A DNA stretch of 64,000 nt from Octopus sinensis (Eukaryota): the NCBI RefSeq assembly GCF_006345805.1, contig NC_043002.1:49476001-49540000 (forward strand). The letters run 5' to 3'. The notes under the pieces were generated by a model. It was given only the letters and a program-made list of their open reading frames with translations, was not told the DNA's origin and searched no databases. Positions 39,039 through 51,346 of the stretch are shown piece by piece. The stretch's first letter is position 1. The number at the start of each line of letters is the position of its first letter. Made by a program: the position numbers and the translations under genes.

Positions 39039-39375
39039 TAAACATCTGTAACTGAATACCATAAAGATATTTTAAGAGTCAAACGAACATGCTAAGCCAG
39101 CATAATAAAAATTTCCAACTATAAGCATAATGCTATATAGTTTTTCGGCTGGGGGTAGGTGGGTGAGGGAACAGGAGGAAATGGTAGTTAAATCAAATCG
39201 TTTCTTTATTTTATTGATCCTAGAAAGTTATAAGACAAAGTAGATACTGGCTGACAGGCATTGAACTTAGCATTTGACTACGTAGTACAGTTAGTAACAC
39301 GTATTGGTCAAACCTTTTTCGTTTTTCCTCTCCTTTTTTTCTTTTTTGTCATAAAATATATTGCTGTACCTTCTG

Positions 39376-39794
39376 GAATCTTTTCGGTTTGAACGGCAGG
39401 TTTTCCTAGCGGTGTCATATGAAATTGTCACCCATAATTATGACCCTAGTATCGATCTATATATTGCATTTCAATCTGTTTTAGGATTAGGGCTAGGGGT
39501 GGGGGGAAGGGTATGTTTTTTTCTTCAGAAATGTAAATAAACCCAATCTGTTTCTTAAACGAGGGACATACTCATACGGCACAGAATGTTTTCACCTCAA
39601 TAGACGTTATTGATTGGTTGAAATTGCAGAAATTGAAGAAGAAAAAAAACAAATATCTTACAAACTATAGAATTTTCTCAATAAAGCCAAGAGAAAAAGA
39701 TGTTTTATAAACACATTCTACCAGTATACGAAGTTTAAAAGTGTTTAGTTATGTGGAAATTATTTTTAAAAACTGCCGGTCAAACAAAAGATCC
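39376..39794. mobile_element. Second copy of the same MITE in opposite orientation
   Basis: Reverse complement of 38627-39038 along its length; no TSD seen. Confidence 0.88.
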
Positions 39795-40027
39795 ACTCCA
39801 TTCTGCCATTATTCTTTTTCTCTACTCTCCTGTATCTGACATATTTGTATTATCTGCAGTGATAGAAATGACTATTAGAACTAGGGGTACGGTGAAGTCT
39901 GAAATGTTAAGTTGTCATGATTTAGGACTGGACTCAGTACTGCCCCAAACTCATGCTCCATATATGGGGCCCATCCTTTCTGAGTTTTTTATTCACTCCT
40001 TGAAGAATGCCTGGTTGTGTTTGTAGA

Positions 40028-40269
40028 CATCATCATCGTTTAGCGTCCGTTTTCCATGCTAGCATGGGTTGGACGGTTCTACTGGGGTCTGTGAAGCCAG
40101 AAGGCTTCATCAGGCCCAGTCAAATCTGGCAGTGTTTCTACGGCTGGATGCCCTTCCTAACGCCAACCACTCCGTGAGTGTAGTGGGTGCTTTTTACGTG
40201 CCACCCGCACAGGTGCCAGACAGAGCTGGCAAACGGCCACAAACGGATGGTGCTTTTTATGTGCCACCG
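40028..40269 (-). mobile_element. RTE LINE 3' end (family E) with 2 repeat anchors
   Basis: Matches 58400-58775; (CAT)n tail. Confidence 0.85.
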
Positions 40270-40715
40270 AAGAATACTTTTAACAGAAAAAGAATTAAAT
40301 AATAGCACTGTAGTTGCACGGGTGGGGCCCCTTAGTCTTCTGGCAACCAATATTTTTAGACCCAGTCTGCCACTGCACCTACACACTCCCACTCCATTTT
40401 CATCAAGTGACTATTTGATGAAGTATTTACAATTATCTATATTTCTCTATTACTCAGTTCTCTATTCTCACCTCTTCGTGTGTGTTGCCGATTGAAGACG
40501 CTTGGTCTAATGATTAGGGTGCTATACTCATGATTGTGTGATCGTGGTTTCAATTTCTGTACTTTGTGATGTGTTGTGTTCTTCAGCAAAACACTTCATT
40601 TTGCATTGATCTGCGATCCCCTTGACACTGGCTTACTAACTACTAAGATGATTGTATGGGGGAATTTGTAAGAGAGTTAAGAAATGGGAATAATAGATAA
40701 ACGATTAAACTGATT

Positions 40716-40996
40716 TACGGACATGTACTTACATAGCAAGTGACCTGATCTGAGATTGTGTACTAGAACAAAAACAATTGCAGCATGGAAGGTGTTTATA
40801 AGCCATTTAAGAAACACACAAAAACCGTTAGATTCACTTCAACATTTAAATTTAATTTGCCAAAATATTTTCGTCGCTTTGAGATCACGACCTGTTCACT
40901 GACAAGATGCAGCACAGAATTTTGTGAGTCTCAAAGTGACGAAAATATTTTGGCAAATTGAATTTAAATGTTGAAGTGAATCTAACGGTTTTTGTT
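40716..40996 (-). mobile_element. PLE-terminus-like remnant with inverted, 5'-truncated partial copy
   Basis: ~66-bp arms (~40819-40888 and ~40924-40994) differing at few positions; contains the hammerhead motif. Confidence 0.75.
40857..40905 (-). ncRNA. Type I minimal hammerhead ribozyme candidate, G3:C8 core variant
   Basis: Minus strand TTGTCA-GTGAACA-G-GTCGT-gatctcaaa-GCGAC-GAAA-A-TA-T-T-T-TGGCAA: 6-bp stem I, 5-bp stem II, palindromic AATATT stem III. Confidence 0.65.
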
Positions 40997-41784
40997 GATT
41001 AAACTGATATTTTTGTTGTGTTATATAGCATAGCATGTAGTTTTTCATATATAATATACTAGATGCATGCATGTACATATATAGTAATATGACAATTTTT
41101 ATTACTATACAAGGCTTGTAATCCTTTTGAAAACTTTTAATGCTTATATTATTATATAATTTTGTGCCAAGTAATCCCTGATATTAATGTCTGTTCATAA
41201 AGATAAAAAAAGCAAATAACTCGCTCCATTCTGCATTTATGCAGAATGGATCCACATTTATGTTGACAATAATGAAATTAAAGTTGATGATAATGTAATC
41301 AAGACTGACTATAACGAAACTGAGTTTGACGATGGTTAATTTGTGATTGTTGTTAACGGAGGTTATGGTTGGTGATGTCGAATTTGAGAGGAAACTCTGT
41401 AAATATATCATTGTTGAACGTCCATGTTTCATGCTGGCATGGGTTGGACGGATATAATCTCTCAGCAGCCAATATAGCTCACAGCATCTTTGAGCAAACA
41501 ACCTCGGAATGAACAAAATGGAGATCTCATCATGTCAAAACTGTTTAAGAGACTTTGTTTCAACCAGCATTACAAGGCTAAGAGGTGCAATGCAAAAGAG
41601 AAAACTTGGTACAAATATACAACCGGCACTGACTCATAATCATCGTGTTTGCAACATCTGCAGGCTTTGCAAATCATTGGCAGAACTCAAATGTCATGTT
41701 TGACATAAGTATTATGACTGACAAAGAAAGTGTGGGTTGTCGGATCCTCATATGTCAAAACTAATGGAAAGGTCCATCATATAT

Positions 41785-42105
41785 TGACTCAATGGTTAGA
41801 GCATAAGGCTCATAATCATGAGGTAGTGAGTTCGATTCCCGGTCTGGGTTGTGTGTTGTGTTCTTGAGCAAAACGCTTTATTTCAGTTTGCTCCAGTTCA
41901 CTCAGCTCCAGAAATAGGTTGTGACGTCACTTGTGCCAGGCTGCATCGGCCTTTGCCTTTCTCTTGGATAATATCGGTGGTGTGGAGAGGAGAGGTTGGT
42001 ATGCATGGGCAACTGCTGAGTTCTATAATCAACCTTACCCGAACTTGTGCTTCAGAGGGCAACTTTCTTGGTATAATCCCATGGTCATTCATGACCAAAG
42101 GGGGG
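41785..42105 (+). mobile_element. SINE family D (CORE-like), tail Y
   Basis: tRNA-like head, CORE-like block, tail homologous to 625-790. Confidence 0.8.
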
Positions 42106-42511
42106 TTTCTCTCTCTCTCTCTCTCCCATACACACGCATATACATATAGTCAGGACTCTATGGACCTTTGTATATCTTCATGAACTAATGAGCTTCATGT
42201 GGTCAATATTCAGTTTGAAATTCTTTGGAGGGAGAGAGAGAGAGGTGGGGGAGAATTCCAGGTGACTGTAGTTCTGAGAAAGATTTTGTATGCTGAGACA
42301 CAGTAGGGATGATAGTAAAAGACAATGTTCTGAGGGTTTAGACCAAGAAGCTGGGCAGAGGTTGAAAAAGAGCAGAAACCATTACAATGGTTGCAGAAGA
42401 AACGAGAAAGGAAATTATATGAGATAATGGTTTTAAGTGTGCTGATGGTTCATTTACCAGTCAGGTTAAAAATCCTTTTGGTTTGGGGATCCAATCTAGA
42501 ATGTGTCTGCA

Positions 42512-42700
42512 TTCATCATCATCATCATACGTCTGCTTTCCATGCTGGTATGGGTTAGGTGGTTTAACTGGAACTGGTAAGCTAGAGAGCTGCACCAGGT
42601 TCCAGACGGATGCTCTTCCTAACACCAACCTCTCCAAGCATTTAATGGGTGCTTTTTATGTGCCACCAGCATGAGTGCCATTTACATGATGCTAGCAACG
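42512..42700 (-). mobile_element. RTE 3' end (family E), degenerate
   Basis: (CAT)n tail and GGATGCTCTTCCTAACACCAAC motif. Confidence 0.7.
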
Positions 42701-44821
42701 GCCATAACTATGATTTTACAGCTGCCATTTACATGACACTCACAATAGCCAAGACTATGGTTTCACTTGGCTTGACGAATTTCCATAGTGTCAACTTCTG
42801 AATTTATTGTCTTTAAATCAATCAATTCTATGCTAACATGACATTCTAAATCCTATGTAAATATTATATTTATAACTGATTTCTAATTAATAGAAAATTA
42901 CTAAATAAATAGATTGTTGCAGTTATTACAAGACACTAAATATTATTCTCAGAATTTCTAATGCATTTCTCCATCACCAAACTCATGTTACGTAAGTCTA
43001 TTTTATTGTATACAGAGGGGGTTAAGATGATTGTAAGAATTTGGAAATACTCAATGTTATTGAGTAGTTCCCTCTGTGACTGTCTTGTCTCTATTATGGT
43101 AATTCAGGCCTCTGTCATGTGGTTCTCATTTGAAAGACTATATGGAATAAGAGAATCTTTGGCTGTTTGCATTGAACGGAACATTTTGAAATGCAACACA
43201 AACTGAAAATATGCTGTGTTGGATTTCATAGTTGAAGTGTTCTTCGAACTGTTGCTATTGTGTCTGTAATTTTCAGTATTGTGTCTTGTCATATGTAGTT
43301 TCCCGTTTGAAAAAATTAAAATAGCTTGATATTTGAGGGGGATTTAGCTGCTATATTAAGCAGGTTATGTGATTGCCTTAGAAGTACCCTGGCAGATGTG
43401 ATGAATATGATGTTTTATTGGATGACATATTTACTACTTTATTTCTTTCCTCTGTCCAAACTTAGGTAGGATTGTTCTGCAAGTATTTGTCTGTTGTTTA
43501 CTTCAGGAAATACATGTTATAGACTTCTTAACAATAACCTTTTATATTAACTTTTTTTTATAAACCTCAGAGATTTAGAAGGATGCTGCTTGTTGGTATC
43601 TTTGTAAATCTTATAAAATCCTTACAAACCCTTATAATTTCTGATAATTCAAATCACTTTACAAGATGCTTAGCAGACCACATGGTTCAACATTGCTACC
43701 TGTTGTAGATGCAGCATGTCACCGTAACAGTTTTCTCTCCTCTTAATGCAGCACAATGTGCTTGCAGCCACAAGGGAGAAAACTCTTACTGTGCCATGAT
43801 ACACCTAAGTGTGCTAAAGGTTTATGATTCAAGTCACCCTTCAGGATACATACCACATTACCTAGCTTAAAAACCACCCAATTTTTGGATGTTTCGTGGA
43901 ATACACTTTGTTGCAAACATCCTGACAAGACTCATGATTCTGCCTCCTCATCCATTTTTCCTACAGCTGTTTTGGCAGGGCATCAATCACATATATTTCA
44001 TCATGATCACTTTCTGTGATCATGAATTCTAACTTTCCTTTTCAAATTAACTCATTAACCATTACAACTACGACCAGTGGTTCATTACAAACTTCACACA
44101 GCCACCATGTGCTCCACCGGTGGTACATTTTCTGTGATTTTAGGAAATATTTTATTCTATATCATTGACATGGTTTCAAGGATATTTAAATAACATGAGT
44201 GTTAAATATTAAATGTTTAATTATGAAAGATTGTAAAAATGCAAAAATAATTACATTTCCTTGTAATTAAACAATATAACAACATGACTGCACAAAATAC
44301 ATGGCGTCACCACGAAGTTCCAGTGACAGGCTGTGGTGGTTAATGTGTTAATTTATACAACATATGGCTGATGTTGTTGCTGCTGCTGTTTGTTTCTGTC
44401 TGAATCTTGATCCAGTAAACTTATGGCATGTAAGAAGGCTGTTAAATGATTTCAATATCATCATCCACATTGCTTCATCATTCACCCAGCATACCACTCG
44501 TAACCTTCACATTTACTTTCGGAGACATAATGTGTCTAGAATCAGGTTGAGACAGTTGGGTGCTGCTTTTTGGATACTGGCAATTTGGCACCGTTGACTA
44601 GATGTTTGGCCTGTATTGGCAACAGTAATTTCTGGCACTGGAGGCAAATACATACTCACACACACACATATGCACATGAGCAGAAATATACACATACATG
44701 TAAAGAGAGAGAGAGGGGATGGAAGGAGAGAAAAGCATGACAGTTTATCAATTGAACACTATTAACATAAACTTGCCCCTCCCCTCCTACACGTAAAGAG
44801 AAATATGCTCACACATATATG

Positions 44822-45010
44822 CTGGTGGCAGGTAAAAAGCACCCACTAGACTCTCGGAGTGGTTGGCATTAGGAAGGGCATCCAGCTGTAGAAACTCTGC
44901 CAGACCAGATTGGAGCCTGGTGCAGCCGCTGGCTCTCCAGACCTCAGTCAAACCGTCCAACCCATGCCAGCATGGAAAACGGATGTTGATTGATGATGAT
45001 TGATGATATA
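44822..45010 (+). mobile_element. RTE 3' end (family E)
   Basis: TTAGGAAGGGCATCCAGCTGTAGAAAC...(GAT)n. Confidence 0.85.
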
Positions 45011-45519
45011 AACAGAGAGAAAGAAGGAAAAGTAGGGGCAGAGAATAAGAGAAACATCAGGAAGTCTGACATCAAATCAGCAACCCCAAATAGACAGTCA
45101 CTGAGTGCCTATCTATCTGATTTATTTTATCAACATGTCAGGATGTGATTTGAGAGTGATTTGGTTGGTACCTCTAGCAGGTGAATCAACCTTGGATCAG
45201 TTACATATATTGTATGTTCTATTCTCTAACCATTGAGAAGACCATAATTTCGCACCTCACATAACACTCAACAACTGGCACCCACATGCATAAAACTGTA
45301 AAACAGTAAAATCCAAACCCTTGTCTAAACCAGTAGTTACCATTAATTTTTGTCACTTTGACCTATTTGATTCCTATTTTTCTGAGACCCTCATAGCCAT
45401 TCAATGCTTACAAAACCCTATTACATTTTTACAATTAAAAATTATTAAGAATTGGATAAGAAAAAATTGTTAAAATATTTTGTGCATTGTAGGAATATAA
45501 CTAACCTAATACCGCCTGA

Positions 45520-45725
45520 CTGGCCCCCATGCCAGTGGCATGTAAATGCACCCACTACACTCTTGGAGTGATAGGTGTTAGGAAGGGCATCCAGCTATAG
45601 AAACTTTGCCAGATCTGATTGGAGCCTGGTGCAGCCATCTGGTTCGTCAGTCCTCAGTCAAATTGTCCAACCCATGCTAGCATGGAAAGCGGACGTTAAA
45701 TGATGATGATGATGGTGATGATGAT
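45520..45725 (+). mobile_element. RTE 3' end (family E)
   Basis: Same motifs and (GAT)n tail. Confidence 0.85.
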
Positions 45726-46115
45726 TGCATGTAAATTTTAAGATCAAAATCTTATATGGACCTTGGTTGAGAACCCCTGGTCTCAAACATCTCAGTCACT
45801 TCTAATTAGTATACAAAGAACAAAAATTGCTATGTTGCTGAAACTTCAACCTCCTATCTTCTCTACCTCACTAAACTAAAAACATTACAAACCACCCGTT
45901 AGAAATAGCAGCTAATTCTCCCTCAAATCTCACTCTACTGTCTTAAAAACACAAAGGCGCATTAGAGAATGTAGGCCTCAAAAATATGGGATGGTTATGG
46001 CTGGAATGTCTTTGATGATAGGTTTTGTTTCATGGTGATTAATTACTCAAAAGGTTAGAGAAACAAACCATAGAAGACGGTATGTTTAACATCATTACAA
46101 GCTGAAGGCATTTAA

Positions 46116-46334
46116 CCCTTTAGTATTTAAACCGGCCATATCCGGCCAAAATAGTTAATCTGTTTTATGTTCAAACTGACCAGATCCAGGCTCTCACACC
46201 TACCCTACAATGTTATTCTACATTAAGTAATTACACCATCAAGATCTTGAAGATATGAGATAATGCATGATTAATTCAAATCAATGTGAATCAATAGGCA
46301 TTATGTTTGATAGAATAATCTGAACACTAAAGGG
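46116..46334. mobile_element. piggyBac-type MITE
   Basis: TTAA-CCCTTTAGT...ACTAAAGGG-TTAA. Confidence 0.85.
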
Positions 46335-47214
46335 TTAAGCAATACACATACAAGCACTGTCTGAAACAAAAATACCAAAATTAAAAGTTTGCTTTGATAT
46401 GTGAAAAACTCAGTCTACAGCTGCCCTTGCTTCATACGTCTTCTTTATCCTGGATACTTCATTCTTCTGGTCATCAGATGCTTTGGACTCTCACCTGCTG
46501 TATTCTTGACAAGAAAAGATTAATTTTTTTATCACTCTCATCTTTCTCAGAAACTGGGGGGGTGTAACACCAATTTTAATGGAATTTCAAGGACTTTTAA
46601 GATGTTGTATAGTTACCTTTCAGAATATCATTCTGTAGAGGTCATTTGCTCTCAAGTTCAATAATACTAAACACAGAACTGCTTTGTTGCAAAAGGATGT
46701 TCTTGACCATTTGGTTTAGGAAAAGCTTCAGAACATCATCATCATCATCATCATCATAATGTTTACTTTTCCATGCTTGCATGGCTCAGACAGAATTCGT
46801 TGAGGTAAATTTTCTATGGTTGGTTGCTCTTCCTGTAGCGGAACCACACCTGTTTCCAGCCAAAGTGATATATCCTATGGTCAGATATATCTTTTTTGTA
46901 AAAGATTAGAAATAAAAAAAAAAATCACCACTATGATGATATGCTTGCTTATGACCATCGCATAATGTTGAAACAAGGCTACACACACACACACACACAC
47001 TCATACTCACAAACATGCACACACACACACATTTTTATATACACATACAAAGGACATTTTCAGTTTGCATCTACCAAATCCACTCACAAGACTTTGGTTG
47101 GCCTGGGGCTATAGTAGAAGACTCTTACCTTAGGTGCCATGCAGTGGAATTGAACCTACATAGTTGCAAAGCAAGCTTCTCAACTACACAACCATGCCTG
47201 CACCTGAAACACCT

Positions 47215-47878
47215 ATAACTGGCATTCTGTCAGTTACAATAACAAGGGATCCAGTTGATCCGATCAGCAGGAGGGTCTGCTCGTGAAATTATCACGCAGG
47301 AGTGGCTGTGTGGTAAGTAGCTTGCTAACCAACCACATGGTTCCGGGTTCAGTCCCACTGCGTTGCATCTTGGGCAAGTGTCTTCTGTTATGGCCCCGGG
47401 CCAACCAATGCCTTGGGAGTGGATTTCGTAGAGGGAAACTGAAAGAAGCCTATCATATATATGTATGTGTTTGTGTGTCTGTTTGTCCTCCTAGCATTGC
47501 TTGACAACCAATGCTGGTGTGTTTACGTCCCCGTCACTTAGTGGTTTGGCAAAACAGACCGATAGAATAAGTACTGGGCTTACAAAGAATAAGTCCCGGG
47601 GTCGATTTTGCTCGACTGAAGGCGGTGCTCCAGCATGACCGCAGTCAAATGACTGAAACAAGTAAAAGAGTAAAGAGTAAGTGGCAAGTGCTGGGAAAGT
47701 CAGCATGTGACAAGGCTGGCCTTTTTGAAATACAGGTACTACTCATTTTTGCCAGCCGAGTGGATAGGAGCAATGTGAAATAAGGTGTCATGCTCAAGGA
47801 CGCAATGCATCACCAGGAATTGAACTCACGACCTTATGATTGTAAGACAAATGCCCTAACCACTAAGCCACATGCCTT
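47215..47878 (-). mobile_element. SINE family D with tail Z, split by a nested family A SINE
   Basis: Tail-Z pieces at 47215-47295 and 47680-47735; CORE-like block and head to 47878. Confidence 0.7.
47296..47679 (+). mobile_element. SINE family A, full length (nested)
   Basis: GCAGGAGTGGCTGTGTGG head to GAGTAAAAGAGTAAAGAG tail. Confidence 0.9.
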
Positions 47879-48439
47879 TCATGCACCTGAAATATGAAGC
47901 ACTAAATTGGAAACATGTTCTTTATCATAGAGATTGATATACCTGTTCTTCAATGCTGATACAGGATTTGAATGAGTCTATAGAAATAGCTGTCTTAAAA
48001 TATTTGCTCGTCTCTTTGGTTACTCTCTGTCAGACTTTGATGTGACAGCAGACACAGAAATTGATCAGAATTTAATAAGCAGCTGACAGCCTTAAACTTC
48101 TGTAATCAAATTTTGCATAACTTGAAAACAGAGATTATAAATGCTGCCAGATTATGAAATGTCTTGAAAAAAAAAAAAAAGAAAAAAATGAGTTATGAAA
48201 CTAAAAAAAAAATATTGAATGGTGCTAAGACAAGACATTAACTTTACTCACTTTGACCACTCCTGCTCTAGTCAGTATTTGCACTCGCCCCCCCCCCTCT
48301 CTCTCTCTCTCTCACACACACTGGTCGGGTAACCATGTACTTCCTCTATTGCAAGACACCTGTTTCTGTCTCTGTCACACTCTTATCTTTCATCATCTGA
48401 CATAAGATCACTTCCTCCCGCCCCTCTCAAAGGATCTTT

Positions 48440-48680
48440 GTAAACTAGTTGGCATTTGGAAGGGCATCCAGCTGTAAAAACCATGCCAAAACTGATTTTG
48501 CCACGTAAAAAGCACTAGGTCCACCCTGCAGAGTGGTTGGGTGTTAGGAAGGGCATGCAGCTGTAAAAACCATACCAAAACAGACGTAGATGTATGGTGC
48601 AATCTTCTGCCTAGTCAACTCCTGTCAAACCATCCTACCCATGCCAGTGTGGAAGGCAGCCGTTAACTGATGATGATGAT
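48440..48680 (+). mobile_element. RTE 3' end (family E), partly duplicated
   Basis: GGAAGGGCAT(C/G)CAGCTGTAAAAACCAT occurs twice; (GAT)n tail. Confidence 0.75.
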
Positions 48681-48725
48681 GCCCCCATTGTAGAATTACA
48701 GATTTTTCAGCAATATCATATATCT

Positions 48726-48985
48726 ATGGCTCAGTGGTTAGAGCATTGGGCTTACAATCCTGTGGTTGTGAGTTCAATTCCCAGACTGAGCTGTGTGTTG
48801 TGTTCTTCAGCAAGACACTTTATTTCACGTTGCTCCAGTTCACTCAGCTGTAGAAATGAGTTGTGACATCACTGGTGCCAAGCTGTATCAGCTTTTGCCT
48901 TTCTCTTGGATAACATCAGTGGTATGGTGTGGGGAGACTGGTATTCATGAGTGATTGATGGTCTTCCACGATACAACCATACTCA
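48726..48985 (+). mobile_element. SINE family D (CORE-like), tail Y partial
   Basis: Homologous to 41785-42030. Confidence 0.8.
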
Positions 48986-49186
48986 GACTTCAATGTCTGC
49001 TTTAGCATGGTTTCTGTGGCTGGATGGATGCCCTTCCTAATGCCAATCACTTTACAGAATGTACTGGGTGCTTTTTATGCGACACTGGTACTAGTTGGGG
49101 GTCACCAAGTAACTCGCTAAACAAGACCTCTCGACTGACTAAAGAGTAGTATTGAGGGAGGTGGTGAGAGGTTAAATTATGATAGA

Positions 49187-49412
49187 GGGAGCTGGAAGAA
49201 ACGTTAGCACGCCGGGCGAAATTCTTAGCAGTATTTCGTCTGTCGTTACGTTCCGAGTTCAAATTCCGCCGAGGTCAACTTTACCTTTCATCCTTTTGGG
49301 GTTGATAAATTAAGTACCAGTTACGTACTGGGGTCGATGTAATCGACTTAATCCCTTTGTCTGTCCTTGTTTGTCCCCTCTATGTTCAGCCCGTTGTGGG
49401 TAGTAAAGAAAT
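49187..49412 (+). mobile_element. SINE family C monomer with tail 1
   Basis: Head, one body, ends GTAAAGAAATA. Confidence 0.88.
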
Positions 49413-49964
49413 ATATGTTTGAGGGACAGGAACAAGTGTCCTGCTGTAGGGGAGATACATAGTTACCCCATATCGAAAATAAGGGGATAGCAGTGAAGAT
49501 GTATCAGAATGTACCCAATAAGTTGCAGGAAGGTGAATATAAGAGAAGTGATATGGATGAGTAAGGGAATTTGCAAGAATGTGAGAGGAGAGTGATGGAT
49601 GGATAAGAATAAGGACAGAAAGAATTGCAGTGAGTGCTAATCATGAGCTATGTGTATGTACACACACACACACACACACATTTATAATAATTATCATAAT
49701 TTATAATGTCCTCTTTACCAAGCTTGTATTGATTGGGTAGAGTTTATTGAGGCAGATTTTCTATGGCTGGATGCCCTTCCTGTCACCAACCTTTACTTTT
49801 TTCCAAGCAAAGTAAAACTCGTATTTCCCCATTGCTGGAAATTGTTTTCGATGAATATCAGAAACGAATAGACTTTTATTTACAGCAATCATGTGATGTC
49901 AAAACAAGGAGACACAAATGCACACCTGAACAGACACACACACACGCATGCACACATACAAATA

Positions 49965-50285
49965 TCATCATCATCATTTAACGTCCGTTTTCCGTGCTAG
50001 CACGGTTTGGACGTTTCGACCGGGGTCTGGGAAGCCAGGAGGCTGCACCAGGCTCCAGTCTGATCTGGCAGTGTTTCTACAGCTGGATGCCCTTCCTAAC
50101 ACCAACCACTCCATGAGTGTAGTGGGTGCTTTTTACGTGCCAGGGGTGTCTGGCAGTGGCTACGATCAGTTGGTGCTTTTTACGTGCCACCGGCACAGAA
50201 GCCAGTCAAGGCAGCGCTGGCATCGGCCACGTTCGGATGGTGCTTTTTACGTGCCACCGGCACAGAAGCCAGTCAAGGTGGCATA
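49965..50285 (-). mobile_element. RTE 3' end (family E) with 3-4 repeat anchors
   Basis: GGTGCTTTTTACGTGCCA repeated; (CAT)n tail. Confidence 0.85.
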
Positions 50286-50863
50286 AATATATGACGGGCT
50301 TCTTTCAGTTTTTACAAATCCACTCACAATGCTTCAGTCAGCCTGGGGGCTATAGTAGAAAACACCTTCCCATACTTTGGGACTGAACCCAAAACCATCT
50401 GGTTGGGAAGCAAACTTCTTAACCACACAACTATGCCTACATGTGAGTTTTCACTCAGCTATGTGTCCACTGCATATTATTGCAGAAACGGCTGCAAGCT
50501 AATGAAGTTCATAAAATAATTTATTCCTTTGTCATTTTCTTATTACTATCATTTTCTTATTACTTCTCTATACTCAGCTAACGCTTTGTGTACTGATGCT
50601 TATGTATATTGCGTTCTACACCAAGTTATTAGTATTGCTACACCTAAGCAAAATATATTAGTCCTTCGTATGCTTAAGATCGAATGAATGTGGTGATACC
50701 TAAGGTATGTTTGTTCCAAAACAACATTTATTTTAGTGCTTGTTGATTGGATGGTACTGCCCAGGTGTTGAAACCATAATGATATCCATGGGGCAGTAGC
50801 TGATGATGGATTGTTGGTAAGGCTGTTATTGTATGTTGGAATAGTTTTATAAGATATCCATTT

Positions 50864-50898
<35 letters not shown>

Positions 50899-50915
50899 AT
50901 GTATATATATCTTCA

Positions 50916-51312
50916 TCTTTTACTTGTTTCTGTCATTTGACTGTGATCATGTTAGGGCACCACCTTGAAGAATTTTTAGCTGAATGTCTTGACCCCAGGA
51001 CTTATTTTTTTAAAGCTTAGTACTTATTCTATCAGTCTCTTTTTGCCAAACCGCTAGCTTACAAGGACGTAAACACACCAACACTGGTTGTCAAGCAGTG
51101 GGGAGGGAGACAAACACAGACACAAAGACACACACACTCACACATATATATACATACGATGTGCTTCTTTCAGTTTTCATCTACCAGATCCACTCACAAG
51201 GCCTTGTTCAGCCTGAGATTGTAGTAGAAGACACTTTCCCAAGATGCCATGCAGTAGGACTGAGCCCGGAACTATGTGGTTGGAAAGCAAGCTTCTTACC
51301 ACACAACCATGC

Positions 51313-51318
<6 letters not shown>
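50916..51318 (-). mobile_element. SINE family A, full length, CpG-decayed
   Basis: Colinear with family A. Confidence 0.85.

Positions 51319-51346
<28 letters not shown>

Noticed and set aside
38915-39505. Telomere-like CCCTAACCCTAA / TTAGGGCTAGGGG
   Set aside because: Only two units, and they are an internal part of the MITE in both copies.
41509-41703. Cys-containing 64-aa ORF resembling a CXC domain
   Set aside because: Cys spacing does not fit well and there is no supporting context.
44280-44660. Coding-like unique stretch with CAG/CAA poly-Q-like run on the minus strand
   Set aside because: All three minus frames have several stops, there is no recognisable motif, and no convincing splice sites were found.
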